From contig DAQX01000008.1 of assembly GCA_002503055.1 (NCBI GenBank), forward strand, positions 81,439 through 145,438: a stretch of DNA of 64,000 nt. Reading direction: 5' to 3'. The notes beneath the pieces are model-generated. The model did no database searches. It was not told the origin of the DNA and worked only from the letters and a program-made list of their open reading frames with translations. Every line of letters begins with the position of its first letter. The first letter of the stretch is position 1. Shown here piece after piece: positions 18,729 to 28,560 of the stretch. Source of the DNA: Euryarchaeota archaeon UBA86. Lineage in GTDB: Archaea; Thermoplasmatota; Poseidoniia; Poseidoniales; Thalassarchaeaceae. Made by a program: the position numbers and the translations under genes.

Positions 18729-20125
18729 ATCCAATTCGGGTCTGCCTCGTCGGCCTCTTCCTCGGCCGCGCTCTCTTCATCAAGACTCCATTCTGCATCT
18801 GGAGAACCTCCTGACCACTCGCCTTCAACGGAAATGTCCTCGATCTCGTCATCCTCTCTCCAAGGAGGCTCTCCATCCGAGCCGCTAGTAATCAGGCAAC
18901 CTTCTTCATCGAGTCTGGTTCGGAGTGTCTGCGTTCCACCGGTCATCGGTAGTAGATGCCCAATAGGAGTTCCTGCAGTCACGAATGGATGTGTGGCAGT
19001 AGAAATCAGCAGCCCTCTTGCTGGCGAGAGAATGTCGAAGTTCTCTCCTGGCCTTTCGGGGTCAGTTACCGTTGCAACTGTCTCACCTTCCTGAATGAAG
19101 CTCCCGGCAGGAGTTAGTACATCCAATAGGCCCCCTTGATCAGATCTGACCCAAACAGAACCAGAAGCAAGAATTCTGAATCTAGGGCGACTAGGATATC
19201 CGGGAATAGCCCTCAGACTTCGCAATACATTCAGAATACCATAGATTGCGACCTGGACAGATTCTGGATCCGCCTCATTTGATCCTCCTCCTTCGTAGGT
19301 TATCGCAGCCACACCCGCATCATTCGCAACCCTCCTCAAGGAACCTCTTGGCCCTTGATTGTCCAGAATTGTCTCGATGCCAAATGCTCTTGCTATTCGA
19401 TTACTCGAGGGGTGTGCTAAATTAGCCCGAATCTGTGGCATGTTGGTTCTACCTACGGCAGCGGTATGCAAATCGATGACATGGTCGCTGGTCGAGATAA
19501 TTTCATTCCAAAGCCTATTTGCTACTCTTGAAGTCGTATTACTATCGGGCTTTCCGGGAAAACCTCGATTCAAGTCTCTTCCATCCGGCATGTACCTGCT
19601 CTGGCGTCGATAACCAGGAAGATTGACCACTGGGATGATACGTAATGTTCCAGCCATCGCTGCAGGATCTATTGCCTTATCCTCGCCGATGAAATTGGGG
19701 CCACTTAGGTAAGTCAGTGCTAATGGCCCGACCAATTCATTACCGTGGATAGCGCCTAGTAGAGTCACCACCGGGCCTGGCCTAGCTCCATGAATGACAG
19801 TAATCGGGATTGGCCAAGATTCTCCTATATCCACATCAATCAAGTCATATTCGATTTGTCTAATTGTCCCCGGACTGATTCTCTTTCTGAGGAATCTGTG
19901 AAACTTCGGGCCGTCCTTTCGCGACCATCTTGCAGGAGTTCCCTGATTATCCTCAAGGGCTTTTTCAATCTCCTCCCTCCTACTAGGAGGAATTTGATTT
20001 GATACCTTCAGAGGCTTTGACCGTCTACGCTTTGGACGGGTTGGGGAACTCCCGGATTTACCCGAGATATCATCGTCGTCCGAACTGGAAGAGGTGCTAG
20101 GCACTTTAGCGCGGAGAGGGTTCAC
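18725..20125 (-). CDS. Succinylglutamate desuccinylase/aspartoacylase (AstE/AspA) family zinc hydrolase. It has a basic Ser-rich N-terminal extension and an acidic C-terminal tail.
   Basis: The family metal-binding motifs VTLLGAIHGNELVG ... IDLHT are present. The N-terminus reads SSSSDDDDISGKSGSSPTRPKRRRSKP. The C-terminus is rich in Asp/Glu. Confidence 0.7.
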   Translation of the reverse strand: MNPLRAKVPSTSSSSDDDDISGKSGSSPTRPKRRRSKPLKVSNQIPPSRREEIEKALEDNQGTPARWSRKDGPKFHRFLRKRISPGTIRQIEYDLIDVDIGESWPIPITVIHGARPGPVVTLLGAIHGNELVGPLALTYLSGPNFIGEDKAIDPAAMAGTLRIIPVVNLPGYRRQSRYMPDGRDLNRGFPGKPDSNTTSRVANRLWNEIISTSDHVIDLHTAAVGRTNMPQIRANLAHPSSNRIARAFGIETILDNQGPRGSLRRVANDAGVAAITYEGGGSNEADPESVQVAIYGILNVLRSLRAIPGYPSRPRFRILASGSVWVRSDQGGLLDVLTPAGSFIQEGETVATVTDPERPGENFDILSPARGLLISTATHPFVTAGTPIGHLLPMTGGTQTLRTRLDEEGCLITSGSDGEPPWREDDEIEDISVEGEWSGGSPDAEWSLDEESAAEEEADEADPNWI

Positions 20126-20149
20126 CGATAAAGCGGATGCGTTTGGGGT

Positions 20150-20172
20150 TCCTAGGAATTTTCAATTCCTAG
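20150..20172. promoter_or_regulatory. A palindromic candidate operator in the divergent promoter region.
   Basis: tcctaggaatt ttc aattcctag lies between the AstE-like gene (-) and the thioesterase/hel308 unit (+). Confidence 0.25.
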
Positions 20173-20189
20173 TGATTGTTCGATGAACC

Positions 20190-20663
20190 ATGAGAGGCAG
20201 GGGGCCGTCGGTTCAGGAGGAGCATGCTCCAAGCAGTATTTGCTTCGGGTGCGGTCCCGCCAACGAAAATGGATTACGAATCAGATCGTTTCGCTCAGAG
20301 AAAGGATTGGAGATGGAATTCACGCCCAACCATGAGCACCAGGCATTCCCTGGTATGGTTAACGGAGGTATCATCGGCACTCTGTTAGATTGTCATGGAA
20401 ACTGGACTGCTGCGGTAGCCCTCATGGACCAATCCGGGCTGGATGAGCCCCCATGTACAGTTACTGCATCATACTCGATTAGTCTTAGGCGCCCGACTCC
20501 TCACGGAGTAACTCTCAGAGTCACATCCGAGATAGTAGAGATTGGAGAAGATCGGGCCAAGGTGAGCATGGCTCTGAGTGCTGAGGGCAAAATCTGCGCT
20601 ACCGGCGAAGGTTTGTTTGTTGCAGTTAAGGAAGGTCACCCAGCCTTCCACAGATGGAATTAG
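20190..20663 (+). CDS. Hotdog-fold thioesterase (PaaI/4HBT family).
   Basis: FGCGPANENGLRIR and the hotdog core pattern are present. It is 157 aa. Confidence 0.75.
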   Translation: MRGRGPSVQEEHAPSSICFGCGPANENGLRIRSFRSEKGLEMEFTPNHEHQAFPGMVNGGIIGTLLDCHGNWTAAVALMDQSGLDEPPCTVTASYSISLRRPTPHGVTLRVTSEIVEIGEDRAKVSMALSAEGKICATGEGLFVAVKEGHPAFHRWN

Positions 20664-23254
20664 GGCTGATTACACGGCATCCTTTAGAACGGCCGAGGTT
20701 AAGGGCTAACATGACCCAGTCAGAGGACTGTGATTCGCACGAACTCGAGGACCTAGGACTCGATTCACGCATTGTCTCAATGCTGCGAGATGAATGGGGT
20801 GTTGAGAGTTTGTTTCCCCCACAGTCGGAGGCACTCCCTCATGCCATTTCAGGCCAGAACCTGATGCTAACCATACCTACTGCAAGTGGTAAATCTCTAG
20901 TGGCCTATCTGGCTCTGATTCATCGCTTGAAGAACGACCTCGAGGGAGGGCGTGGAATCTATGTTGTTCCCCTGAAGGCACTAGCTAGAGAGAAGGCTAC
21001 TGAACTCAAGCAACTAGCCTCCAAAGTTGGACTAAATGTTGGCATCGCAATAGGTGACAGAGATGGTGAGACTGGAATGGTCGATGAGTCAGATATTCTA
21101 GTATGCACCAGTGAAAAGTTGGACTCGCTTCTACGCACAAATTCAGATTTGATGAATGATGTAGGTATTGTCGTCAGCGATGAGTTTCATCTATTGCATG
21201 ATCCGAGTCGTGGACCAACTCTCGAAGTTCTGCTATCTAGAATCAGACACAGAAGGCCGGATGCGCAGATTATTGCCCTATCAGCAACTGTTGGGAATGC
21301 ACCTGAAATGGCAGACTGGTTGGATGCTGAACTCGTGGTTTCTGAATGGCGCCCTGTTACTTTGCGTTATGGCACTGTGAACGGACTGGAAAGTAAAGTG
21401 CACAGAATTGATGGAGGAGATGAAGGAGAGGTTCTCGAAGTGCGACATCTCGAGGGTAAATCCACTCGTCAATTGCAAGCAGTCCTCTCAGATACTATCT
21501 CAAGAGGAGGTCAATTACTTGTTTTCGTCTCTTCGCGGTCGTCTGCCCAGAAGGAAGCTAGAGAGTTGTCCAAGCATTGTAGAAAAATTCTTGCTGATGG
21601 CACTGATGATTTGACTTCCGAGTCTGCAGAAAGATGGGAGGAAATTGCGAATAGTGTATCTCGGTCGGAGGGTTCGAATCTCGGCAATACGCTATCCAAC
21701 GCTCTGCGTGGAGGCGTGGCTTTCCATCATGCAGGCTTAACTGGAAGGCAGAGAGGGGTCATCGAGGATGCTTTCAGAGAAGGCGATTTAGCCTGCATAG
21801 TTGCAACACCTACTCTGGCCCAGGGTGTCAACCTTCCAGCTAGAACGGTAGTAATCAGAGACTACAGGAGATGGAGTGCGGCGGCTGGGATGTCAATGCC
21901 TCTTCCAGTAATGGAAGTCATGCAGATGATGGGTCGTGCTGGTAGACCAAAATACGACAATGTGGGAGAATCGTGGTTGCTTGCTAAAGGAAGGGAAGAA
22001 GAAGACAAGTTAGTCTCTCTATATCTGCACGGTAAGCCAGAAGAAGTTACTTCGAAGTTGGCCAATCCAAATGCAATGAGGGCAGAAGAGGACCCGGCAC
22101 TACTTACTCATGTCCTCTCAATGTTGGCTACAGGAGGAATTTCAGACAGGGATGCGCTAGGTCGTTTCTTCTCCAAGACATTCCTAGCCACTCATCTTGA
22201 CCCTGAAGATCTCGCCGCTCGACTAGACGATGTAATCAGTTGGCTCGCAACTAACGGGATGATTGACCGAACTGGTGAATCTGAGGAGGTGAAACAAAGG
22301 ATGCTCGAGGAGTCTCCCCTTGAACAGGATGAGGAATGGGAGGATGAATTACCATCTTGGGTAGACTCTGCATCCGAAGTATTGGGGATTGACATCCGGG
22401 GGGAGCGTGGAGAATCCCAATTCAAGCCTAGACGTGGTCCGCCAATTTTCGGATTCCGAAAGGCGAGTCTGCACGAGACATACGAACAGGATCCACCTGA
22501 GCCTGCCTCAATGACATATCTGGCTACTGCGTTAGGAGAGAGAGTTTCACAACTGTATCTCAATCCCATTTCGGGCCGGATGTTAAGAGATGGAATGAGT
22601 AGAGCGATGGCAACTCTGACCGGGGAGGATCAGTATCATCAGGTCTCACCTCTGAGTTTGCTTCACCTAGTTTCGTGTACTCCTGATTTCCTACCACTGT
22701 GGCCAAGGAAAGGAGACTATGACGCTATTCAGGCAGCCATCCATGGCCATGAGAGAGAGTTCCTAACTGAGGCTGTGGACCTAGATGAGGAGCGGCGAAT
22801 GAAGGGCGTTTTGGTACTACAGTCCTGGGCAGACGAATACAGAATAGACCAGATTGAGGAAGAATGGGGAGTTCAGCCTGGAGACCTTAGGGGCAGGGTC
22901 GAGATAGCAGAGTGGCTGCTATATGCTACGAGAAGAATACTTGCAGATGATGATGAGTTGGCTAGTATGGGAAGAGATTCGCATAGAACTCTTGTTGAGG
23001 CGGTGGATGAGATGCACCGGAGAATAAGATACGGCTGTAAGACTGATTTGCTTGGCCTAGTGGCTCTGAAGGGAGTCGGTAGAACTAGAGCGAGGCAGAT
23101 GGTGGACTTGCTAGGAGTTTCTAACGCGGCCGATTTAGCCGAACTGACTGAGAGAGATATGGGGAAGCTTTCTGACTTGCGCGGCTGGAGTCCTCGACTA
23201 GTCGAAGGCATTGTCAATACAGCTTCACGCACTGTAAGGCGTCAATCACGATAG
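20654..23254 (+). CDS. hel308: Ski2-like ATP-dependent DNA helicase Hel308 (Hjm).
   Basis: Motif I PTASGKS and motif II DEFH are present, as are SAT, QMMGRAGRP, a Sec63/ratchet region and a C-terminal HhH (LVALKGVGRTRARQ). Confidence 0.85.
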   Translation: MELGLITRHPLERPRLRANMTQSEDCDSHELEDLGLDSRIVSMLRDEWGVESLFPPQSEALPHAISGQNLMLTIPTASGKSLVAYLALIHRLKNDLEGGRGIYVVPLKALAREKATELKQLASKVGLNVGIAIGDRDGETGMVDESDILVCTSEKLDSLLRTNSDLMNDVGIVVSDEFHLLHDPSRGPTLEVLLSRIRHRRPDAQIIALSATVGNAPEMADWLDAELVVSEWRPVTLRYGTVNGLESKVHRIDGGDEGEVLEVRHLEGKSTRQLQAVLSDTISRGGQLLVFVSSRSSAQKEARELSKHCRKILADGTDDLTSESAERWEEIANSVSRSEGSNLGNTLSNALRGGVAFHHAGLTGRQRGVIEDAFREGDLACIVATPTLAQGVNLPARTVVIRDYRRWSAAAGMSMPLPVMEVMQMMGRAGRPKYDNVGESWLLAKGREEEDKLVSLYLHGKPEEVTSKLANPNAMRAEEDPALLTHVLSMLATGGISDRDALGRFFSKTFLATHLDPEDLAARLDDVISWLATNGMIDRTGESEEVKQRMLEESPLEQDEEWEDELPSWVDSASEVLGIDIRGERGESQFKPRRGPPIFGFRKASLHETYEQDPPEPASMTYLATALGERVSQLYLNPISGRMLRDGMSRAMATLTGEDQYHQVSPLSLLHLVSCTPDFLPLWPRKGDYDAIQAAIHGHEREFLTEAVDLDEERRMKGVLVLQSWADEYRIDQIEEEWGVQPGDLRGRVEIAEWLLYATRRILADDDELASMGRDSHRTLVEAVDEMHRRIRYGCKTDLLGLVALKGVGRTRARQMVDLLGVSNAADLAELTERDMGKLSDLRGWSPRLVEGIVNTASRTVRRQSR

Positions 23255-23287
23255 ATACAATTCTTCTAGTCGAGGCCATCGGCATCC

Positions 23288-23857
23288 GTGGACGAGTCAT
23301 CTGGTATGCCTTGGTTTCCCGCCTGGGGGATTGAATTCTCTGAGCCGATTGAGAATCCAAGCTCGATTGTCTCAGTATTCAATGAATGGAGACCAAGTGA
23401 CCGTTGGTTGCTTCTATCGTATCATGCCGCCTGCAGCGAGGTAAGGCTCTGGACAGTCTGGTCGGCCCTAAGAAGAAGGGAGGGGTCTGACAGAATGATT
23501 GCCAGAACTCCTGATGCCGAGTTCCTTCGACTAGTATCAGGTACTAGGCAGCTAAGTATTGCATTTCAGCGAGCAGGTTTGAGCGAAGGAGATGCGTCTG
23601 CATGGATAATATTTCTCCCAGAATTTATTCTAGGCGAAGAATTCGGTGAAACTGAAGTTCTCAGATCGACCTATTCAGACAACAATCTAGAAGCGACTAG
23701 ACTGATAGAACATCTTGGAGCGAAACTCCTTCCCAAGAGACCCATTCCTACTGAAGAGGGATTAATTCGGCTCGGGGCTTTGGATAATGAGGAGAGTATC
23801 GAGCCTCATTCTAGGGAGAATGTATTCCTAACTCATTCAGCATTGGCGGACATGTGA
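23288..23857 (+). CDS. Hypothetical protein, possibly KEOPS subunit Cgi121-like.
   Basis: EFLRLVSGTRQLSIAFQRAG resembles the Cgi121 core (..ILVRASGQRQIHEAI..). The size is right and it lies downstream of hel308. The similarity is weak. Confidence 0.35.
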   Translation: MDESSGMPWFPAWGIEFSEPIENPSSIVSVFNEWRPSDRWLLLSYHAACSEVRLWTVWSALRRREGSDRMIARTPDAEFLRLVSGTRQLSIAFQRAGLSEGDASAWIIFLPEFILGEEFGETEVLRSTYSDNNLEATRLIEHLGAKLLPKRPIPTEEGLIRLGALDNEESIEPHSRENVFLTHSALADM

Positions 23858-23909
23858 GTCATCGGGAGTCAACCTCATAGGCGGGTTACTCGAGCGCGTA
23901 CCGAGAATC

Positions 23910-24161
23910 ATGGCGAAGTTTCACGGCTTCAGGCATTGTGTTACCTGCAAGGTCAACTGTACCCCCGGAAACTTCGTCGATTTTGAGAATAAGAGATACT
24001 GCACGGCCTGCTGGATAGAAAGCAATAATCCTAATCATCCGGAATTGGAAGATACGAGAAGAAAGGTGAGCGAGGCCGTAGAAGAATGGAAGTGTGCCAA
24101 GTGGACTCGTGAAGAGGGGCCTCTTCCAAACGGCCCGAAGTCTTCCCGTCAGAGGTTGTAG
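23910..24161 (+). CDS. Small zinc-ribbon protein of 83 aa.
   Basis: CVTC ... CTAC forms two CxxC pairs. It overlaps the annotated 5' end of pepF, so one of the two start assignments is wrong. Confidence 0.3.
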   Translation: MAKFHGFRHCVTCKVNCTPGNFVDFENKRYCTACWIESNNPNHPELEDTRRKVSEAVEEWKCAKWTREEGPLPNGPKSSRQRL

Positions 24162-25866
24162 ATTGAATTCGTTCATTGATGGCGACTTTGACGCCACAAA
24201 ATGGGAGAATATAGAGCCTTATGCAAATAATCTGCTTGAACGAAAATTGACCTGCTCGGGTTGTCTAGAGTCTCTGATTAAGGATACCTCAACCCTTGCT
24301 GAACATATATCAGAGGCGGGAGCTCTGCTGTACATCGGTATGACATGCGACACAGAGAGTGAGGAAAAGCGTAATTCATTCCTAGACTTCTCTAGTAATG
24401 TAAGGCCAAAACTCTCTGAATTCTCCGACTCTCTGAATAGAAGGATTGTTGGTCATCCTGCAGTAGGAGATCTTCCGGAAAGATACTCTCTGATGCTAAG
24501 AGGAATGAGAACTGATATCGAAATCTTCCGTAAAGAGAACATACCTCTGAAAGTGAGACAGACAGAGCTTGTAACCGAAGCTCAGGGCATTACAGGCAGT
24601 ATGACGGTTGAATTCGATGGAGAGGAACGAACATTTCCTCAAATGAGTGCATACCTGGAATCGAACGAGAGATCGGTACGTCAAACAGCATGGACTGCAA
24701 TGTCAGACCGGAGAATGCAGGACCATGAGAGAATGTCTGAGATATTCGACGAATTGATTTCACTTAGACATCAGATGGCCCTAAATGCTGGATTCGAAAG
24801 TTTCACTCATTTTATGTTCAAAGCGATGCATCGCTTTGACTACTCTATCGAAGATTGTTTGGAGTTTCATAGCTCTGTAGAATCAGTCTGTATGCCCATA
24901 CTTAGAGAGATAAACAAAGAGAGAGCGGGGGCTTTGGGGTTGACCGAACTAAGTCCCTGGGATGTTAATGAAAAGACTGGGTCTGGGCCCGATATTCATG
25001 GAAGAGAGCCACTTAGGCCGTTTCAAACCGTGAATGAGATGGTGGAGAAACTCTCAGAGATGTTTCACGAAATCTCAGATGACCTAGGCATTAAATTCGA
25101 CAAATTAGTCGAAATGGATACTCTCGATCTAGACACTCGGAAGGGCAAGGCACCCGGTGGCTATCAGTACTATCTCGAGAAGAGTAGGGTTCCATTCATC
25201 TTCATGAACGCTGCAGGACTTCAAGGGGACTTGGAGACAATGATTCATGAGGCTGGCCATGCATTCCATTCTCTTTATTGTGGACATCTAGACCTGATAG
25301 ATGAGAGGAATTATCCTATCGAATTCGCAGAAGTTGCATCGATGTCGATGGAATTACTTACACAGCCATGGTGGAACAAATTCTACAACGAAGAAGAAGC
25401 GAGTAGAGCGAAGAGAACACACTTGGAAGGTGTCGTATTCCTACTTCCTTGGATAGCAACAATAGACTCATTCCAACATTGGATTTACGAAAATCCTAGC
25501 CATACTAGGGAAGAGCGTGCAGAAGCTTGGTTATCCATTAGAGAGAGGTTTGGTCCACAAATGGATTGGAGTAGTCATTCAGAATTCAAGGAAGTTTCAT
25601 GGCAGCAGCAAGGGCATCTGTATGGAGTTCCATTCTACTACATCGAATACGGAATCGCGCAGTTGGGATCATTACAACTGTGGAAGACTCAGTTGGGCAA
25701 TCCACAGAAGGCACTAGAAGACTACGCCAACGCGATGAAACTGGGCAACACTCGAACTTTGCCAGAATTATTCTCCGCAGCGGACCTTAAGCTAGGATTC
25801 GATGAAAGGCATTTCCTCACACTAATGGAATCTGTAGAGTTGTCTCTAGAAGAGTTGCCCGTCTAG
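24094..25866 (+). CDS. pepF: Oligoendopeptidase F (M3B metallopeptidase). The true start is probably TTG/near-cognate around 24163.
   Basis: The HEAGHAFH zincin motif and the M3 fold region (..GKAPGGYQYYL..) are present. Confidence 0.85.
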   Translation: MPSGLVKRGLFQTARSLPVRGCRLNSFIDGDFDATKWENIEPYANNLLERKLTCSGCLESLIKDTSTLAEHISEAGALLYIGMTCDTESEEKRNSFLDFSSNVRPKLSEFSDSLNRRIVGHPAVGDLPERYSLMLRGMRTDIEIFRKENIPLKVRQTELVTEAQGITGSMTVEFDGEERTFPQMSAYLESNERSVRQTAWTAMSDRRMQDHERMSEIFDELISLRHQMALNAGFESFTHFMFKAMHRFDYSIEDCLEFHSSVESVCMPILREINKERAGALGLTELSPWDVNEKTGSGPDIHGREPLRPFQTVNEMVEKLSEMFHEISDDLGIKFDKLVEMDTLDLDTRKGKAPGGYQYYLEKSRVPFIFMNAAGLQGDLETMIHEAGHAFHSLYCGHLDLIDERNYPIEFAEVASMSMELLTQPWWNKFYNEEEASRAKRTHLEGVVFLLPWIATIDSFQHWIYENPSHTREERAEAWLSIRERFGPQMDWSSHSEFKEVSWQQQGHLYGVPFYYIEYGIAQLGSLQLWKTQLGNPQKALEDYANAMKLGNTRTLPELFSAADLKLGFDERHFLTLMESVELSLEELPV

Positions 25867-25875
25867 TATTCGGAC

Positions 25876-25912
25876 CCGAGGAGTCTACGAGACTAATCTC
25901 GTAGACCCTCGG
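25876..25912. terminator. A strong hairpin (17-bp stem with one bulge) between the convergent pepF and radA genes.
   Basis: ccgaggagtctacgaga-ctaa-tctcgtagaccctcgg. The radA stop lies in the loop. Confidence 0.35.
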
Positions 25913-26903
25913 TTGTCACGGTAAAGACCGCTTCGCCATCAGGCAAGTTGGGGCTGTCGATTAGGCGAGCTATTCTACGGCCCCCCTTCGACTTCCTCAG
26001 GTACAAGCGGAATGTGCTGGCGTGCGCCACTATGTGGCCGCCAATCGCCTTAGTGGGATCTCCCCACATGGCATCTGGCTTGGACATGACTTGATTCGTG
26101 ACCAAGACCAATGCATTGTTTACATCGGAGAGTTGTTTCAACTCCTTCATGTGCTTGTTCAATTTCTGCTGGCGTGCTGCAAGCATGCCTCTGCCGATAT
26201 ATTCGGCACGGAAGTGACTAGTTAGAGAGTCGACAATGATGAGTTTTACATCGATGTTCTTGGACATCCTCTTAATCTCGTCCACCAGAAGAATTTGGTG
26301 GGCTGAGTTGTATGCTCTCGCTACATGAATCCTGTCTAGGGCATCTTGAGGATCTATCCCAACTGCCTCGGCCATCTGGGCAATTCTCTCCGGCCTAAAT
26401 GTATCTTCAGTGTCAATGTAGAATATTTCTCCGTCAAAGCCTCCCTTGTCGAAAGGTAGGATTGAGTTCACAGCGAGTTGATGACCAATCTGCGTCTTAC
26501 CGCTACCGAATTCACCGAATACTTCGACTATGGCCTGAGTCTCAAATCCTCCTCCAAGGAGTTCATCGAGGGAAGATGAGCCGGATGTGAGCTTTTGGAC
26601 TAGTTTGCGGCGATCGAGTAGCGCAGAACCGCTAATGAAACCGCCGATGTTTGCCATCTTCTTCGCGCCTGCGATAATCTTAGCAGAAACAGCCTCACCG
26701 AGTTCGGCCTGCTCGGCAAGTTCTGATGGGCTCATTACTGCTATAGCAAGCAGTTCTTCGAAGCCTGCTTCCCGTAGTTTCTCCGCAGTTGCTGGTCCGA
26801 CTCCGGGTAGATCTTCAACCGTCAGTTCGGGTTCATCAACATCAATCACAATCTCTTCTTCTTCGACTTTCTCACTAGCTGTCTTCTCGCTCATCTCGTT
26901 CAC
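25893..26903 (-). CDS. radA: DNA repair and recombination protein RadA.
   Basis: An N-terminal HhH ([12 protein letters not shown]) is followed by Walker [10 protein letters not shown] and a RecA/Rad51 core. Confidence 0.9.
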   Translation of the reverse strand: MNEMSEKTASEKVEEEEIVIDVDEPELTVEDLPGVGPATAEKLREAGFEELLAIAVMSPSELAEQAELGEAVSAKIIAGAKKMANIGGFISGSALLDRRKLVQKLTSGSSSLDELLGGGFETQAIVEVFGEFGSGKTQIGHQLAVNSILPFDKGGFDGEIFYIDTEDTFRPERIAQMAEAVGIDPQDALDRIHVARAYNSAHQILLVDEIKRMSKNIDVKLIIVDSLTSHFRAEYIGRGMLAARQQKLNKHMKELKQLSDVNNALVLVTNQVMSKPDAMWGDPTKAIGGHIVAHASTFRLYLRKSKGGRRIARLIDSPNLPDGEAVFTVTTEGLRD

Positions 26904-27018
26904 CTATTGCTCCTACCTCATCTTCGAAGGTATATGAACAAACGAATGGCCCTATTCGAATGTTGAAAGTGCTTGAGATGTATTGTTATCCGCAGTACAA
27001 CGATTTTCACTTTCAGTT

Positions 27019-27096
27019 TGGTAGCGGGTGGTGGATTTGAACCACCGGTCTCCGGGTTATGAGCCCGACGAGATAACCTGGCTACTCCAACCCGCT
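27019..27096 (-). tRNA. Initiator tRNA-Met (CAU), archaeal type, with encoded CCA.
   Basis: The reverse complement reads AGCGGGTTGGAGTAGCCAGG...TCGGGCTCATAACCCGG...GGTGGTTCAAATCCACCACCCGCTACCA. It has an A1:U72 pair and three G-C pairs in the anticodon stem. Confidence 0.85.
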
Positions 27097-27150
27097 GTGC
27101 GTCGGCGTCAACGGTGGAATATATGAACAGCACCTTAGCAGCCTAGCAGG

Positions 27151-28560
27151 ATGCCGAGCAAGAACAGTCATGGGACTTCTCGTTCCGTCGTTAATCCGGG
27201 CGAAGGCGTGGACGGCAATCTGTTGATTCGAAACTCGACGATGATTGTAGGCGGTAGTATCGTCGAAGGAGACCTCAGAGTGATTGGTGGCAAGATTTCC
27301 TCTATAGCCCCCGGAGGAGGTCTGGACGCTCGCGAAGGAGAGATAGTAATCGATGGCGAGGGTCTGCATCTACTTCCTGGTGCCATCGACCCTCATGTCC
27401 ACTTTAGAGAGCCTGGTCAGCCTGAGAAAGAAGATTTGGAGAGCGGTAGCAGAGCTGCTGCTGCTGGAGGCGTCACGTCATTCCTAGATATGCCGAACAA
27501 CATTCCTAACGCTACAAATCGCACCACACTGGAGACAAAAATTGCTCTTGCTGGCCAGAAGGCGGTGACTCATCACGGTTTCTTCGTTGGAGCAACTAGA
27601 GACAATGTGAGCGATTTGCAAAGTGTAGAAGGAATGGATGGAGTCTGTGGAATCAAGATATTCATGGGAAGTAGTACTGGTGATTTGCTAGTCCATGAAC
27701 AGAAACATCTCGAAGAAATCTTCGCCAATACCGGGGGCATAATTGCAACTCATGCTGAGGATGAAGAGCGGCTTCAGCAACGTATAGCAGAGTTCGGTCA
27801 TCGTACCGATATCACTTCTCATGCAGAGTGTAGAGATGTGGAATGTGCTTTCCTAGCAACCAAACGAGCAGCAGCACTCGCGAAGGACCACGCCCACCGA
27901 CTTCACATCGTGCATCTTACTAGTGCGATAGAAGCGGACTGGTTACACAATAACAAGGGCGATCTCATCACAACTGAGGCGTGTATTCAGCACCTTACAT
28001 TTGACCAAGATGATGTCGAGGCACTAGGTGTGCGAGTACTGATGAATCCTCCAATTCGCTATACTGAGGATAAGGATACATTGTGGAAGCGTCTCAAGGA
28101 CGGAACAATCGATTGTGTTGTTACTGACCATGCTCCACATACCTTAGAGTCCAAGTCTGTGGGATACCCAAAAGCACCAGCAGGAATGCCTGGTGTGGAA
28201 ACATCGTTGCCGCTAATGCTGACTCACGCGATGAATGGTAAATGCAGTGTGAATGATGTTGTTCGCTGGATGTGTGAAGGTCCTGCCAGAGTCTATGGGA
28301 TGAAAAATAAAGGCTCACTAATCGAAGGTTACGACGGTGACTTGACTCTCGTAGACTTGCAGACTCGTCGAACCATCACTGATTCAGATACTTGGACTAG
28401 AGTAGGTTGGACGCCATATGATGGAATGGAACTCACTGGCTGGCCGATGTACACCATTGTGGACGGAAAAATCGTCCACAAGAGGGAGGTCGATGGTGCA
28501 CTCCGCGGAGTGCCCGTAGCCACCCCTGGTTCTACAGGTAGAGCATTGCAGTTTGACTGA
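27151..28560 (+). CDS. Cyclic amidohydrolase (dihydroorotase/allantoinase/dihydropyrimidinase family).
   Basis: DPHVHFREPG (the HxH metal site) and GGVTSFLDMPN are present in a TIM-barrel amidohydrolase pattern. It is 469 aa. Confidence 0.75.
   Translation: MPSKNSHGTSRSVVNPGEGVDGNLLIRNSTMIVGGSIVEGDLRVIGGKISSIAPGGGLDAREGEIVIDGEGLHLLPGAIDPHVHFREPGQPEKEDLESGSRAAAAGGVTSFLDMPNNIPNATNRTTLETKIALAGQKAVTHHGFFVGATRDNVSDLQSVEGMDGVCGIKIFMGSSTGDLLVHEQKHLEEIFANTGGIIATHAEDEERLQQRIAEFGHRTDITSHAECRDVECAFLATKRAAALAKDHAHRLHIVHLTSAIEADWLHNNKGDLITTEACIQHLTFDQDDVEALGVRVLMNPPIRYTEDKDTLWKRLKDGTIDCVVTDHAPHTLESKSVGYPKAPAGMPGVETSLPLMLTHAMNGKCSVNDVVRWMCEGPARVYGMKNKGSLIEGYDGDLTLVDLQTRRTITDSDTWTRVGWTPYDGMELTGWPMYTIVDGKIVHKREVDGALRGVPVATPGSTGRALQFD

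Noticed and set aside
23886-24197. A 103-aa minus-strand ORF in the hel308-pepF interval.
   Set aside because: It overlaps the plus-strand zinc-ribbon ORF and the pepF start. It has no features.
26918-27133. A 71-aa ORF overlapping the initiator tRNA gene.
   Set aside because: The tRNA structure is unambiguous, so the ORF is spurious.
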